A model generated the notes under the pieces. It was not told the DNA's origin. It did no database searches and saw only the letters and a program-made list of their open reading frames with translations. Of a stretch of DNA of 64,000 nucleotides, positions 11,926 to 24,835 are shown one piece after another. This DNA is from Klebsormidium nitens (taxonomy: Eukaryota; Plantae; Klebsormidiophyceae), in the NCBI GenBank assembly GCA_000708835.1, contig DF237076.1:118898-182897 (forward strand). Direction: 5' to 3'. The position numbers and the translations under genes were made by a program. The first letter of the stretch is position 1, and every line of letters begins with the position of its first letter.

Positions 11926-14900
11926 TCATTCACCGTGCATTCCTCCTCCCCTGAACTTCTTGGATCCGTTGGTAGTCGCCCCTCGTCCACGCACTTGCTG
12001 ATGCGAGGTAAACGTTCCTTTACCGCCGACATCAGCCCGTGCAGTTCCGGCATAAACGGCGCCTCCTCTCGTGCTAGAAGCGGGCCGGCCCCCTCGGTAG
12101 ATGCCCGAATCCCCTCTCCTTGACGGAGAGCTTCCCCGCCCCGGGCCTCCATACTCTCCTCTCCCCGAGCTCGATGGTCGACCTGCGAGAACGAGTGATG
12201 GGTTCAAGATGCTGGAGCAATGAGTCAGTACGACAACAGCCACGGGGGAAATCTGACGGGCGGGAAGCTTTGATCTTCTTCTGCTTGGGCCCAAATCTCC
12301 TCGGATGAAGTAAGTTTCGGTGGCTTGTCTGCACACATAGTGGTTCAGGATGATCGCAAACCTGTGTCCAGGGACTACGCTTGACCTGACGGTGCCTCTT
12401 AGCGGGAAAGCGTGACTATGCACACCGTTGATAATCGTCAGCGACGTGTTCACAACTCTGGGGAAGGCGTTCAATGTGCCGGAAGTTGTTTTGTCACGTC
12501 TTTTGAAGCATCGAATTTCGTTGTCAGCCACGCTACATACTCCGCAAATCACGGCTGATCCTGATGAGTCAATCTTTTGGTTTTGCGGTCATGAAAGGCA
12601 CTGGTCAACCGACGGGCAGCCCTTGCACCTTCAAACCAATTCATAGCGCATCGCCCTCCATAAGCCCGGACAGGTGAACGGCACGAGCAAACGACTTGCC
12701 CGTACATCAAAACAGCGGCAGAGAAGCAGCATAGAAAGGGCTCTGCAATATGGCTACATGCTGAGAAAGACCGCAAGCATTGGTTCGAGGGCAACTATGA
12801 TTGACTTTGTTTAGACCACGGCGTCCTTTTTTGGGCAGGTGAGATCAGCGTAGAAAATGCTCACCCCCCCGGGAGTGCCCCGCCCTCCCGCTCCCCCCCG
12901 GCCCAAGCATCGGTTCAACAGCAGATTGCAGTCGACTAAATTCAGACCGCAACGTCAAAATGGGGGGGTAAAGAACAGCGAAAATGCTCACCCCCCGGGG
13001 CTGTTCCCCGGCCTCCCACTGCCCCCCGGCCCAAACCAATGGCCCCGTGCCTTGGCAGCAGCCCCCAGTCGGAGCCCCTGCCCCGGCCCCGCCCGGAAGG
13101 AGGTGTTGGGTACCGCGACTTTGCAGAAGGACCGAGAAGGTCCAAGGGGTTCGGGGGTTTAGTTAGCGTAACCGTGCCGTAGGTTAGGCCCTCGGCGGAA
13201 AGGACGCAGGCGGCGGAGTAGAGGGACGCCTGGTAGATGACCGGGAGGGGGTCCCGGGGGTGCTTGATCTGCACAAGTACGAGAGCTGAGTGGCTAAAGG
13301 AAATGTAGACCCGTAAATACAACCCAAAACAACTTCTTAGGATTTGGACAGAAGTTTGCAGAAGTTATGTTCTCTAAGACATTCTTTCGGAAGGAGCGCA
13401 GAACGGAGAACGAGCGAATGGCGCTGGAGACGTTCAGGCAAGAAGATTGATATGACTGTAATTGGGTGGTAAGCGGAGCGTTTTTCAGCGTTTTGCACTG
13501 TTGCCAATCAACGATCCTGCGCATGAAGGGACACTATTGGTGAAGTTTCTCCATCTGGATTACATCGCAAAAGTGCTGACACATCGAAACTCCTAGCTTT
13601 CTGCTGAAAACGGAAGCATGGACTTCCTTTCAAAAATACGTGTTAGTCCAAAGGTCCAGAAACCAGATCGACCCTCGCTCTTGTTCGAATATCCGGTTCT
13701 TGCGGGAGTGTCTATTCCGAACGTCGATAATGGCCGATCCAGTAAAAGTCTCAAAACTCAAATCATTTGCGTATTACCCTCAATTTAACATTTCCGTTAG
13801 CCGCAACTAATACAACGCATCGCCCGCTGTTCACTATTGCAGTCCATCCAGTAGCAACACTGCTACTATCCATCACATTTACCTGTCGGAACGTCAAAGC
13901 TGGAATCCGATATCCATATTTCTGTAGCACAACAACACTGTCACATAACTCACCTTGAACGCAAACGTTGCCGCCAGACGCTCTCGTAAACAGTACAGCT
14001 GCGCGGCCTCGACGGCCGTCGTCTGGAATCTCAGCCACCGGTCCAGAACGACCGCCACCGGTTTTTCCGGCTGACTGAACAGCGCACTCCCGGGCTCCGG
14101 TTTCGGAGTTGGTCCCGCTTCTTCGTCATCCAAGTCGACTTCTACGTACTCCTGGGGGACCGGTTCTAAAGGCGCGACCGCCATTTCGGCGGCAAAGAGG
14201 ACCAAGGCGTGGGGCTGGACGACGGTGCTCGCACGGATGTACCTGAGGGGAAGGGCACGGTGCAAATCTGTCAGAAACCTTTTGAATCGTTTCTGAAAAG
14301 GAGTGGAGGTTCGCTTCTGTCAAAACAGCCAAGAATGCCTGCTGTCCTGCCTAAGAACCAGAGAGCGTCAACTGTCGGTTCCGTCCGTCCATTCCAAAAT
14401 CAGAGCTTGAAGATTAAGCGGTCGGGTCGGTGGTCAACACCCACGTGCGGAGATCCCTTGCGGTATGAGTTTTCAGAGGCCAATTTTGGGAAAGTACTGT
14501 GGTGAGCTATGAGCTATCTACTACATCACCTCCACACCGCACAGAGGCACGTTGGCAGCAGACAAGAAGGGAACGCCTTTAGTCGCAGAACCCCCAATTG
14601 GAGCGAAACCAGTCGAGTGAAACAGCTTTGTTTCCTGGACAGACACGAAGCGGAGCGAGACTTCGAACGAACGGAAAAGTTAGGGGCGACAGGAAAGGAA
14701 GCCGCTCACTGAAGGCCTGCCCGCGCTTGAAAATATTCTTTTCCGACAAACACGGAGAAAAGCGAGCGACAACTTGAAAAGATCCTTAAAAAAGGCAGAA
14801 GGCGACAGGAACAGAAGCGGCTCACATGAAGGACCCGTCGCGCGTGATCTTTCTCGTTCAGATGCACACGGACAGTGAGCAGAAATCCATAGGAACTTCA

Positions 14901-17900
14901 AAGAACTTTAGAAGAGTTTTCGACAGACGGAGCGCAACAGGGGGCGAAGCGGCTCACATGAAGGCCTCCCCACGCATGATCTCGTCGAAGACGAGCAGCG
15001 TAGATGCAGAACGCTCGTCCCCCAGGCGCGCGTTGCTGGTCAGCCGGTGGTTCACGCTGTTTGGATGGAGCCGCACCTTGTCGTTTCCTGCCGTGACGAT
15101 GCTCGCCTTCCCCGTCGCGCCCTCGCGGGACGGCAGCAGACTGCCCACCAGAGGGTACATACCGGCTGGAGAAAGTATGGTACCGGAGTCACAACGGGTC
15201 TTTATGGTGGTGCAAGTGATACGCAAATCTTGAGAAGATTCGATAATCTACTCAAGATTATCGAATGTGACACTTGCGTAGGCTCAAGTCTGCCTTGTGG
15301 ACGCAGCAGGACGGCAGCAGACCGCCGATCACAGGGTACATACCGGCTGCAACGGGCGGTACCGAAGGTTCACTCCGAAGTGGGCGTTCTACTTGGAACA
15401 GCATTTCGCGTTTCCAGGTTCCGACAGCGACTGCTGCGATTCGTCGTGAATGGCCGCACAGCGCGCTCTGATTCAACTCAGAAGCAGATTTACTAAGACA
15501 CTCTTAGCCTGGCAGGTTGCTCGCCCGGAAGAGCTATGTCTTCAGAGCCAAGACTGTTAAGGCCAATTGGAGGACATGGACATGTATGCAGTTTCAGTAA
15601 GGGGCCAAGCCTGACGATGCAATCCTTCAACCACTCGTGAAACCTCACACGATAACCCTGGTTTTCTTCCATTGTCAAACTCGCACGAGCTATTGCTTGA
15701 TGCGGGTAGGTTCAAAATAATGCAACCGACCGGGAAGCATGGCTGTATAAGAGGGTAAGTGCCAAGGGACAGGAACCCGCCTTGTGAGACCCAGCGCCTC
15801 GACATCCTGTTCAGACCAAATGTTTTTAATATCCAAGCTGAGATGAGAGAGCGCCGCTTGCCTGCCAGCACGGCACGGACGAGGCCCGGGTCTCTCGCGT
15901 TGGCACTGCATGGCACCGCTTCCCCCTGCCGGCTCTTGGGGATGAACCCGCGCTGTGCTAATTCGGACTGCAGCTGCTGCCGCATGCCCTAAACAGAAAA
16001 ACGAAGTTCAATGTGGAAACAGTGTTTCTGATTACTAAACAAGAAGGAGCACGGATGTCCTTTCGGCGGCTCCATTCAAAATGCCTTCAAAAAATTGGGT
16101 CAACTTTCTACAAACCTGGAAGCCGGCCGAAACGATCTAGAACGAGCCACAGTCACAGCGCCAATCACCAGAAACGCTGAATACTAGGGGGGAAGCGTCG
16201 GGCAGATCTCGGTCGGACCTCTGATACAAACGAACTCTTAGGTTGTTTGACAACGTCACAAGTCGTCTGTTTGACGGCCTTACAAGTTGTTTAGTACGGT
16301 CAGATGTAGGATCCTAAATGCACGCAAAACGCTTTTCACGTGCCTCCCCACCTATCAGCCTTCGCGACTCATCCAACCGTTCAGTTAAAACCCTGTTCCG
16401 TTTCCGTTCCGGGACCCTCACCTGCAGCATGTTCATGGTACCGCCGTTGATGAAGAAACGGTCGCAGAACTCCTTTTCGCAGCCGCTATCCTTGGCCGCC
16501 CGCCATCCTTCAAACGCAGCGATAAGCGCCAAATGGTCGCTACCACCGCCGTAGCTCTCCGTCAGGATGAACTTTCCGCCAGCGGCTTTTCGTCTCTGTA
16601 AACACAAAAACCCTCGAACGCTGTGGTGGGCTCAAGTTGGCAGCATAAGCAGCAAATGAATGCAGAAAGTGAGCCTTTGATTTTCATTTTTCGCATGAGG
16701 AGACGATGAAACCCGTGCGGCCTCAGCTTTTACAATCCTTTAATGTCCACATTCACGGAGCTGACGCTACCGGAACAAGCCCCACTTTCCTTCCCTCCTT
16801 CGCGGACCGTTCATGGGTTCAACCCGCTTGTTTCTCACTCAACCGCTCGCAGAAGCAATCTTACGGCTCCATGGAGACCGGAACAGACAGCACTTGTCAT
16901 CAGCGCCCCAAAGTGCTTCGAAGCGTTTTAGGCCTGAGCCGTTTAGTGATGACCAGCCCCAAACATCCTGCTCTGGTAATCAACGATAACGTTATCATTT
17001 TGCCTCTTCGACATGCAAGTGGAAGGGTTTCTAAAGCGGTACGGACCTGCTCGAGTGTGACCGGTAGCACAAAGGGGTCCCGGTAGGATGCCCCGCACGC
17101 GACCGTCAGCGCTGGATCGAGACAGTCGAACAGAATCGCGTGCAGCAGCATCTTAGCGGTGGTTGGGCTCAGTGGCAGGCTCGCCAGATGAAGTCCAAGC
17201 CGCGTCAGGCTTTCGTCAGCACCGAGTGCGCCGATGTCGTGGAGAAGGGCGACCGCGTTGGCCACAGACTGCGGTGAGGAGGAGGCTTCAAAGCGTCAAT
17301 TTTCCGGACCAGAGTTTTGAGTGTACATCCGAGCGGCGTCAGGCTTTCGTCAGCACCCAGTGCGCCGAATGTTGTGAAGAAGCGCGACCGCGTTGACGAT
17401 GGTGGGAAGATGGCCTCTATGTGTTGGTATATCGCCCGGGCTTGGAATTTTGGCGACCAGGATGTTGAATACGGATCCAAGCCTGGTCGGGCTTACGACA
17501 GCACCGAGCGCGCCAATGTCATGGAGCAGCGCGATCGCATTGGCGACAGACAGTGACGGGGACGAGAGCGTCTTCAGCTGTCCAGTTTTTCATCGAAGCT
17601 CGAGGCTCCTGAGACTCTCTCAATGAGTGATGAACAATTTCTATTTAAGATTGGAAACAAGAACCCTCCAAAACGAGGCTCCTCTTCTAGAACAAGAAAA
17701 TAATTGGTGCACGTCGAAAGATCCACTCTACGCCCGGCGTATGCTTTTCTTCCCTGGGTGAAAGTGACGTGGGCCCTCGTCTAGAATTCCAGATTCCAAA
17801 CCTCTTCTCTCGCTGCGCACCTGTTCGTTGGGAGGCTCCACCGCTTTCTTGAGGAATTCCTGGATGGTCACGTTTGGGTCCAGTAGCTTGACCTGCGAGT

Positions 17901-20900
17901 CAAGGATAAAGACTGTTCAGAACTTCGACTCGAACGCAAAACTTGTGACTCCCACGCACCGTTTTCAAGGGCTTTGAAACGCCGGTCGCTAGCCGACGTC
18001 GCAGTCTATTCGCTAGAGCTTCTTTCTTCAGTTGTGTGGATCTGTGCAATCTCACATCCACGCGCAAGTCTTTTCCATAGTTCAAAACCGCAGGGTTCAT
18101 CTCTTTTCGCGCACGTCTGTGCGGCCGTTCCTGGGCGTGGCTTTGTACACATCCGAATATCTTTCAGCCGCCAAAATGTTGTTTGAAGTACTGTGATAGA
18201 GCTGCAAGATTTTTGGACGGGGGAGGTGCGACCACTCGGTTTGATTATAGCAGCTGTAAGGGCCTCGAAGCTACTGGATACATATGTTTAGCCTTACCTG
18301 CAACCCTAGCTCGTCGAGAGGAGTCCTTTTGAGCTCCGGTACTTGGAACTCGAGCATGGCCGCGTGCCGCGCTTTGGAGAACAGGTGGTAGCACACACCT
18401 GAGAAGAGTGAGAAAGGATTAAGAACAACCCTCGTACAGCTTCTTTGCAAGCTTGGAGATTCCTGAAGCAAGGGCCGAGTTTCGCATATGCAGCTGATAT
18501 ACCTGATTGGTCTTGAAGGGCATTTGGACGCGGGTTAGAAACAAAACAGGCGTAGGCGATTTCGTGCTGGATCCAGGCCATCCCTTTTTCTCCCGCGCTT
18601 GAACGCTCCTGTCAGCATACACATGTCTCTTGCACATCCGATCAAGCTGAAAAAAAAGAAAAGAACGTCTATCCAAGCTAATACACCAACTTTTCCAAAA
18701 TCCTGAATTAGACCCCTGCATTACAAAACTTTAAACAACCGCTTAACCCCACCTGCCCGCACTCGCCCCGCCCGCCCCTCCCGCTGCCGCGCGCTCGCCT
18801 TCGAGATCCATCCGCACTGAAGGGTCGACACGTTGGTGAACGGGTCGTAGCTCTTCTCCTTGACCTTCCCGGAATCGATAACGTAGACCACGTCATCGAT
18901 CGTGATGGCGGTCTCCGCAATATTGGTCGCCAGCACGATCTTGCGCGTGCCGGCGGGCGGGCGGGTAAACACTTTCTTCTGGTCGGCGACTGGGACCTGG
19001 GGACACGGGACGGTCCAGTGTCAAGAGGCATTTCCTTGTCACAAAATATGATTAGCAACGTTCGGAACGGGACAAAAGGTAGCTGCTTATGGCCGTGCCT
19101 CCGACTCAGGTCAGGAGGTGTCGTGTCGTCGTGTCAGGAGCTCGTGTCAATGTGTGCAGCGCTTCTAAGATTGAGAAGAAACGAATGACGAAAGATCGGT
19201 TAAATCTTGAAATGAGAACTATATAAGAGGGAAGCAGCAGAGCATACTATGCGATTGTGCTTGAGGATGGCTAATCCACTTTAGAAAGGCGAGGGCGCCA
19301 CGTCACAGAAAGTGGCAAAGCAAGTTGAGGAAGTCACAAGGAAGAAAAGTGAGGAGACGGGAAGGCCTGTTGGACGAGAGCCGGCGAAACGGGTGTCGAG
19401 AAGTAAAGGCGGAGCGGGAAACGGCAAGAGACGATGCGCAGTTCGTGAAGAGCACGTTGGCAGCATGGGACGCCGAAGTGGCAGTGTTGAGAGGCGGAGT
19501 GGAAAACTTTGCTCTCACCATAGAGTGCAGCGGCAGCACGCGGAAGCGCGAGTCATCTTTGAAGATCGGCGACGCGGCCAGCTTGTCCCGCAGGTTCGTG
19601 ATCTCCTCCCAGCCCGGCAGGAAAACTAGAACGGCGCCGTCGTCCGAGTTGCGTCCGTCGCCAGCGTCCGCGTAGCTGCGCTCCTGGCCGTTCGGACGGC
19701 AAATGTACGCCAGCACCTGTACGCGAAGGAGGAGGTCGATATCGTGATTTAGCAGGCTTTCAAAGGGATTGGTACAATTTTGTTCAATGACAATATATGT
19801 GGTAAACAGAACCGCTTTTCGATGATGTCACTCGTCAAGACGATAGAGCACGCGGACAGGCGTCGAGAGACATCTGGGAGTGTCAGCCACTGTCTAATAA
19901 AGCCATTCTCGCCAGGACTGTAGCCAAGTCGAAACGACTCTGTCTGTCAGATAGATCGAATTGCTGTACACGAAGTTGCTTCTCTTTCTCTACGTGAGGC
20001 CCCTCCTCCAACACCTAGCAGTGCTAGAGTAGTTCTCGCCCTCACTGCATCAACGTGATCCTTCTCTTCATCACATCTTTGGACAACAGGTAGAACAATA
20101 GATCATCCTACAGAACGCAGAGTTTCAAAGACATCCTTCAAATGGATTACTGTCCGCTTCATCCTCTTTACAAAACCGTAGACTTGTTTCTCCAGGCATA
20201 ACCCTGACATAATTTCGTGGGTTTCCTTGACCCCTCACCTGCTGAATCAAATTCAGGTCCACTTCTTCGACATCCACTCCCGCCTGGTACTTTCGCAGCA
20301 CCGCCGCTTCCACGTCCTTTTCCTTGCTCGCCTCTAGTTTCTCCTCATGCTTCTGAACCGTTTCCACAATTTCTGGAAATCCAAAATTCTCCGCCCACTC
20401 GGCCGCCGTCGCGCCATCCCACGACGCCAGGTTTGCGTCCGCGCCTAGTTCCAACAACATCGCCACGTCATCCACCCGCCCCTTCCCGGCCGCGACCATC
20501 AGCGGCGACGCGCCCGTCTCGCTATGCTGAAAGTTGACCAATAGCTTATTGGCGCCGCGGTCGCCGTATGCGACGAGCTCCATAAGCGGCTCGAAGTCGG
20601 CGTCCATCCAGGCACGTGCCAGGGCGTCGTCCATAGCGTATCGGTCCTCGTCGGAGAGGCGGTTAATGTCCAAAGCGGGGTCGGTTTGCAGGGTCTGCGC
20701 GTGCTGCTCTGCGAAGCCGGTCATAGTGAGGACGTCTTCCAGGAAGTAGCTTTTCACCTGGAAGAGACGACATATATCGTTCAGTCGTTCCGCCGTAACT
20801 TCGTCCATCACTCTCTGGATCGGAGAAGACCAGCAGGCAAGGACGAATGAAAAGCTTGAGGGCGCTTCCAAGCACTATAAGCTGGACGGCGATCCGTTAG

Positions 20901-23885
20901 GAGGTATATACTGTGGCATGATCTTCTCCACTTTGATACATTGAGGCGCCTAGTGCCACAGCGAATGTTTAAGAAGTGGCGACAGGTAAATGCGGATGAA
21001 GAAGGATACATCGACCGTTTGATTCAAATTTTGTGCTCGTGGACTAAAACAACTTCTCTTCATTAAGCCAGTCATGACTCGGCGGCTAAACGTAAAAGAA
21101 AGACGAAGCATGGACAAACTTTCCCCTATGGCCACTGTGGACAGTCGCGGCAGGCGCCAGTTCGTGTTTTGACCGGACAACGAACTGTCTACAACCCCGT
21201 AAGGGATAAGGAACAAAGGCGAAACGCCATAAAAAATTGGAAAAAGACTCACCGGGTGTGTGAACCCTGGGACCGTGATGACGGGGCACCCCCCAAAGTA
21301 GCCCGCAAACAGATCCGCGTTGAGCGTCGCGCTCATGAGCACTAGCCGCAAGTCCGGCCGCTTCGGCAGAATGTCCCTCAGAATGATCAGCACGAAATCC
21401 GCAAACTTGTCCCGCTCGTGGATCTCGTCCACGACGATGTGCGTCGCGTCGATGTCGACCTCGTTTTCCGCCTCTAGTTCCTCCACGGCCTTTTTGCGTG
21501 CCGCCCCCGTGAGTTTCCGCAGCAGAATGCCGTTCGTGCAGAACATCAGGGAGGAGTTTGGGCCCCCGACTGTGTCTAACCGGATCTGATAACCCACGGT
21601 TCCCCCGAGCGCCTCCCCCCGTTCGTTTGCCACGCGCTCGGCGACCGTCATTGCCGAGATGCGCCTTGGCTGAGTGCACAGAATCTTGCACGGTCGCCCT
21701 TTCTCCCAGCACGAATCGAGTAGGAACTGCGGCACCTGCGTCGTTTTTCCACACCCTGTCTCGCCCGCGATCAGAACCACCTGGTTATTGTTAACCGCTT
21801 CGGTTATCACGTCCTTGAACCCTGCGATTGGGAGCTTCTCGCGGAGCGCCATGATCTGCCGCAAGCTCGCGTCCCCTTTGAGGCGTCTCTGAAGGGCGGA
21901 GAACTGGCTCGTGACGTCGGCTGATGTCATGGGGGGCGGACGGCTCTGGACCCGGCGCTCGGGGGCGTATGGTCCCTCGGCCTCGACCCGTCCGGAGGCG
22001 ACACCTGGCGGGCCCTCGCCCATTGCTGCATCAAGCTCTTCCTGCCACATAAAGATTACGCAAAGCGGAGTCAGAATATATCAACCCCTTAATCACCGAC
22101 CAACTCGGCATCTTTGCAAGACGATGTTTCGGGCTGAAGTTGAAGACAAACGAACCCACTCCTCAGGAGAAGCCGGAATGTGCTCCGTCCCTTGTGTACA
22201 CTTGCAAAAGAGACGCTGCGAAGGTTGCCGTTGCAATTGATGTTCTACTTCAGAAGTAGGGAAAGCGCTAAAGAGAATGCGAACGGGCGACCTCTCAATC
22301 TATCTCGTTGTTTCATGAACACGTGCGGAGGAATGCGGAGGAATCCCCACCACCTCCTATATTCTCGCCCAGTCCTTCACCAGATGGGTTTTGTAAGACG
22401 GGTCAGTCTCCATCACAGGAACGTGAAGCGGCTTGTTTTGCAAGGACAGAACATGAGAATTCGCGTGGGCCGGGTGCGAAGCGCTGACCTGTGTTGGGGG
22501 AAAGTTCATGAAGAGCTCCAGCATGGCCGCCTGAGACTGGATGCTGAACGGGAGCTGCGTGGCCGAGCGACTGACTGCGACGGCTTTTGGTTTGAAAACA
22601 GTAACCCGCCGGTCAGCACCAGTACTGCACGAGGAAGCGGTGGTGTCCTGAGCTATGAACTGATTCTTGGGTCTGGCCGATCCTGCGACTTTTGGATTGT
22701 TGCTGACCTGACCAATTCATTTGCTAGAATGTAGAAAAGGATTTGGGATACAGTTAATTGGACAAACTTATCGAGAAAGAATGCTACTTGGGGGCCAGCC
22801 ATAAAGTTGACCTGCTCTGAGAAACTTGATGCCAGTACTGCTTCAACTGAACAAGACTGAATCATTGAGATCTCCTTGAGTCTGAATAGAAACGCTGACG
22901 CAGACATGCCACACCAGGAAAACCACTCTATCCCTTCGGCTTGAGCTGGGCTTTTGTGTGTAGACAGGAGGTATAGACGAGGTTCGAGTATGTCCAGGCA
23001 AACAGATATACCACTTCTGCATCAACATTCTGCCACCTGCTACCATTGAATCAGCCAAGACAAGGTCAAATATTCTTATATCCCTCTCAGAACAAACTTC
23101 AACACAACAAAAAAGTTGAGGTGTGTGTCCATCCCTGGTGCCACTTACCCGTAGCTCTTGGATTTCAGTCCATACTTCTGGCTCAGGTTATGGACAATGG
23201 CCCGATCGTGGTTGCTCAGACCTGCCTCAAATGTGTACTCTGCAAGCGAACGAGTATACTCTTCAGCAAGGTGAAATGCAGTTTGCCTGGTGGACAATCT
23301 TGTGTTCCCATGGTGGGGCTATCAGTTCGGCTCAAGCATTGGGAACATGTGTTTGACCGCTTAAATGCGAGAGCTTGCCTTTGATTAGAATAATCGACCA
23401 GGGGCACGAAACTCAAAAAGGCCCCAGAAACTAGTTGAGAAAAGCCAAACTCAACATCCTCAATTAAAGTGTCATCTAAGAAGCTTTCAGTGTGAACTCC
23501 TATCACCCCTCATGTTGATATGACCGTGCTTCAGGTAGACAATCACAGCTCCGGTTTCTCAGTAGCTGTATCAGATTCTAAAAGGACGTTGGGATTAGAT
23601 TTCAAAAAGACATTTGATGGAACAGACTCAAGTCAGACGACTTCTATCGGGTTCAGGCTTGCTCTTTCCGCCTTTTGCCTCCCAAGCCAAGTGACAGGAA
23701 ACGCTAAGAATGACTTTTATCTGGTGCACTGGTACGCAAGAAGCATGTAATGTAAGTGCAAACTTCCTTTAAGCAACTGCAACCTCCAAACCCGTACCTG
23801 TATCGGTGCTCTCCCGAAACTTCTCCACCTGATCTGCAATGCTGATGCGGCTCTCCTCCGACACCGGACGCATGCCGGGCGCCAT
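11926..23885 (-). CDS. DExH-box RNA helicase of the plant DExH6/NIH (YTHDC2/DHX36-related) type with R3H domain, ankyrin insert, HA2/OB-like region and RGG-rich tail; start codon uncertain (23885 or further upstream)
   Basis: Exons encode SEESRISIADQVEKFRES (~23805-23885), R3H EYTFEAGLSNHDRAIVH..KSKSYG (~23149-23239), GETGCGKTTQVPQF, TQPRRISAMTVAERVA, DEIHERD, LVLMSATLN (21253-22030), ankyrin ASPLMVAAGKG (20200-20757), VLVFLPGWEEI..LPLHS, RKIVLATNIAETAITIDDV, QREGRAGRV, ELKRTPLDEL, HA2 IGALGADESLTRLG, RDPFVLP, and an RGG-rich last exon ending TGA at 11926. Confidence 0.93.
12853..13036 (-). repeat. ~55-bp diverged direct repeat spanning a helicase exon end and 5' splice site
   Basis: gaaaatgctcacccccc..ggccca at 12853 and 12980 (offset 127). 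Confidence 0.85.
14697..14990 (-). repeat. Three diverged copies of a helicase exon end plus GTGAGC donor
   Basis: ctcac(a)tgaagg at 14705, 14821 and 14953 (offsets 116 and 132). Confidence 0.75.
15127..15352 (-). repeat. Duplicated helicase 3' splice site plus exon start
   Basis: ggacggcagcaga..gggtacataccggctg at ~15128-15168 and ~15309-15349 (offset 181). Confidence 0.85.
17195..17555 (-). repeat. Three diverged copies of the first ~75 nt of a helicase HA2 exon
   Basis: The SVANAVALLHDIGALGADESLTRLG-coding segment occurs at ~17195-17270 (spliced copy), ~17329-17398 and ~17477-17551. Confidence 0.9.
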
Positions 23886-24835
23886 GCCGCCACGTCCGCG
23901 CCCCCGCCCGTTACGCCCCCCCCCCGGTCTTGCATGCTTGCAATGACAACTTGCGCGAATGTGTATCGCAACCGAACTTTGCTGTGTGCGTGTCTATGTG
24001 CTACTGTTATGTGCACCTCCCTGGCTATCTTCCAAAGAGAGGGGTTCACATGAGAGGGAGCTGTCGTTATGCTAGGCTATGTTAGGAGCTGGAGAGCAGC
24101 GACTCCCCTTGCATGACACAACAAGTATTGAGCAGCAGTGATTCCTGCGCCCAAGGCCCAGACGCACAGGGAATGTTGTGGCTGGCCGCCTTTCTGCCAG
24201 TACTTTTCCCCACCTTTTCCCCTGGCAAAATGCGGTCCAGACAGGGACTCTGTGCGTCAGTGTCACGTTGTGTCAACAACGAAGGCCGTCATCTGGTGAT
24301 CAGTTTCATGAGCAGGTCCTTCTCTTATAATAGTTACCTACCTATATAGAATTTACCTCGCAATATTCCACACAAAAACTCGCCGGGAATGGGGGTCTAG
24401 AATCTTTGACCATGGCATAGGCCCTGCTTGCCGAAAGGCGGTAGCCGCTATCTCATGAAAGTACGTACATGGAGAAACAAATTCCCCCTGTTTTAGGGGA
24501 TTTGTTTTGAGGACGTACACCGTACACGTATCGAAGTCGCTCCTGTTCAGGGCGCGCTAGCGCTGGTGCCAGCATGCACGCATCAAGCAACCACCATCTG
24601 CTGGAGAACCCTTCATGATGCCATTGGCAGATCTTGCAGCTTTCTACCTGCGGTAGCTTCTTTTGTGGTCTCCTTGCAAACCACATTCAGGCCCATTCGC
24701 TGTGATTTTGCAGACCACAGTAGCATCAACAGAAGCGCCACCGCAAGCAAGTGCTAACCTTTGTCCACAGACTCCTGCAGGTGGAACTTAGGGTTTGGCA
24801 GCAGCTCATTCGGAAAGGTTAGGGCATGTGAAGGA

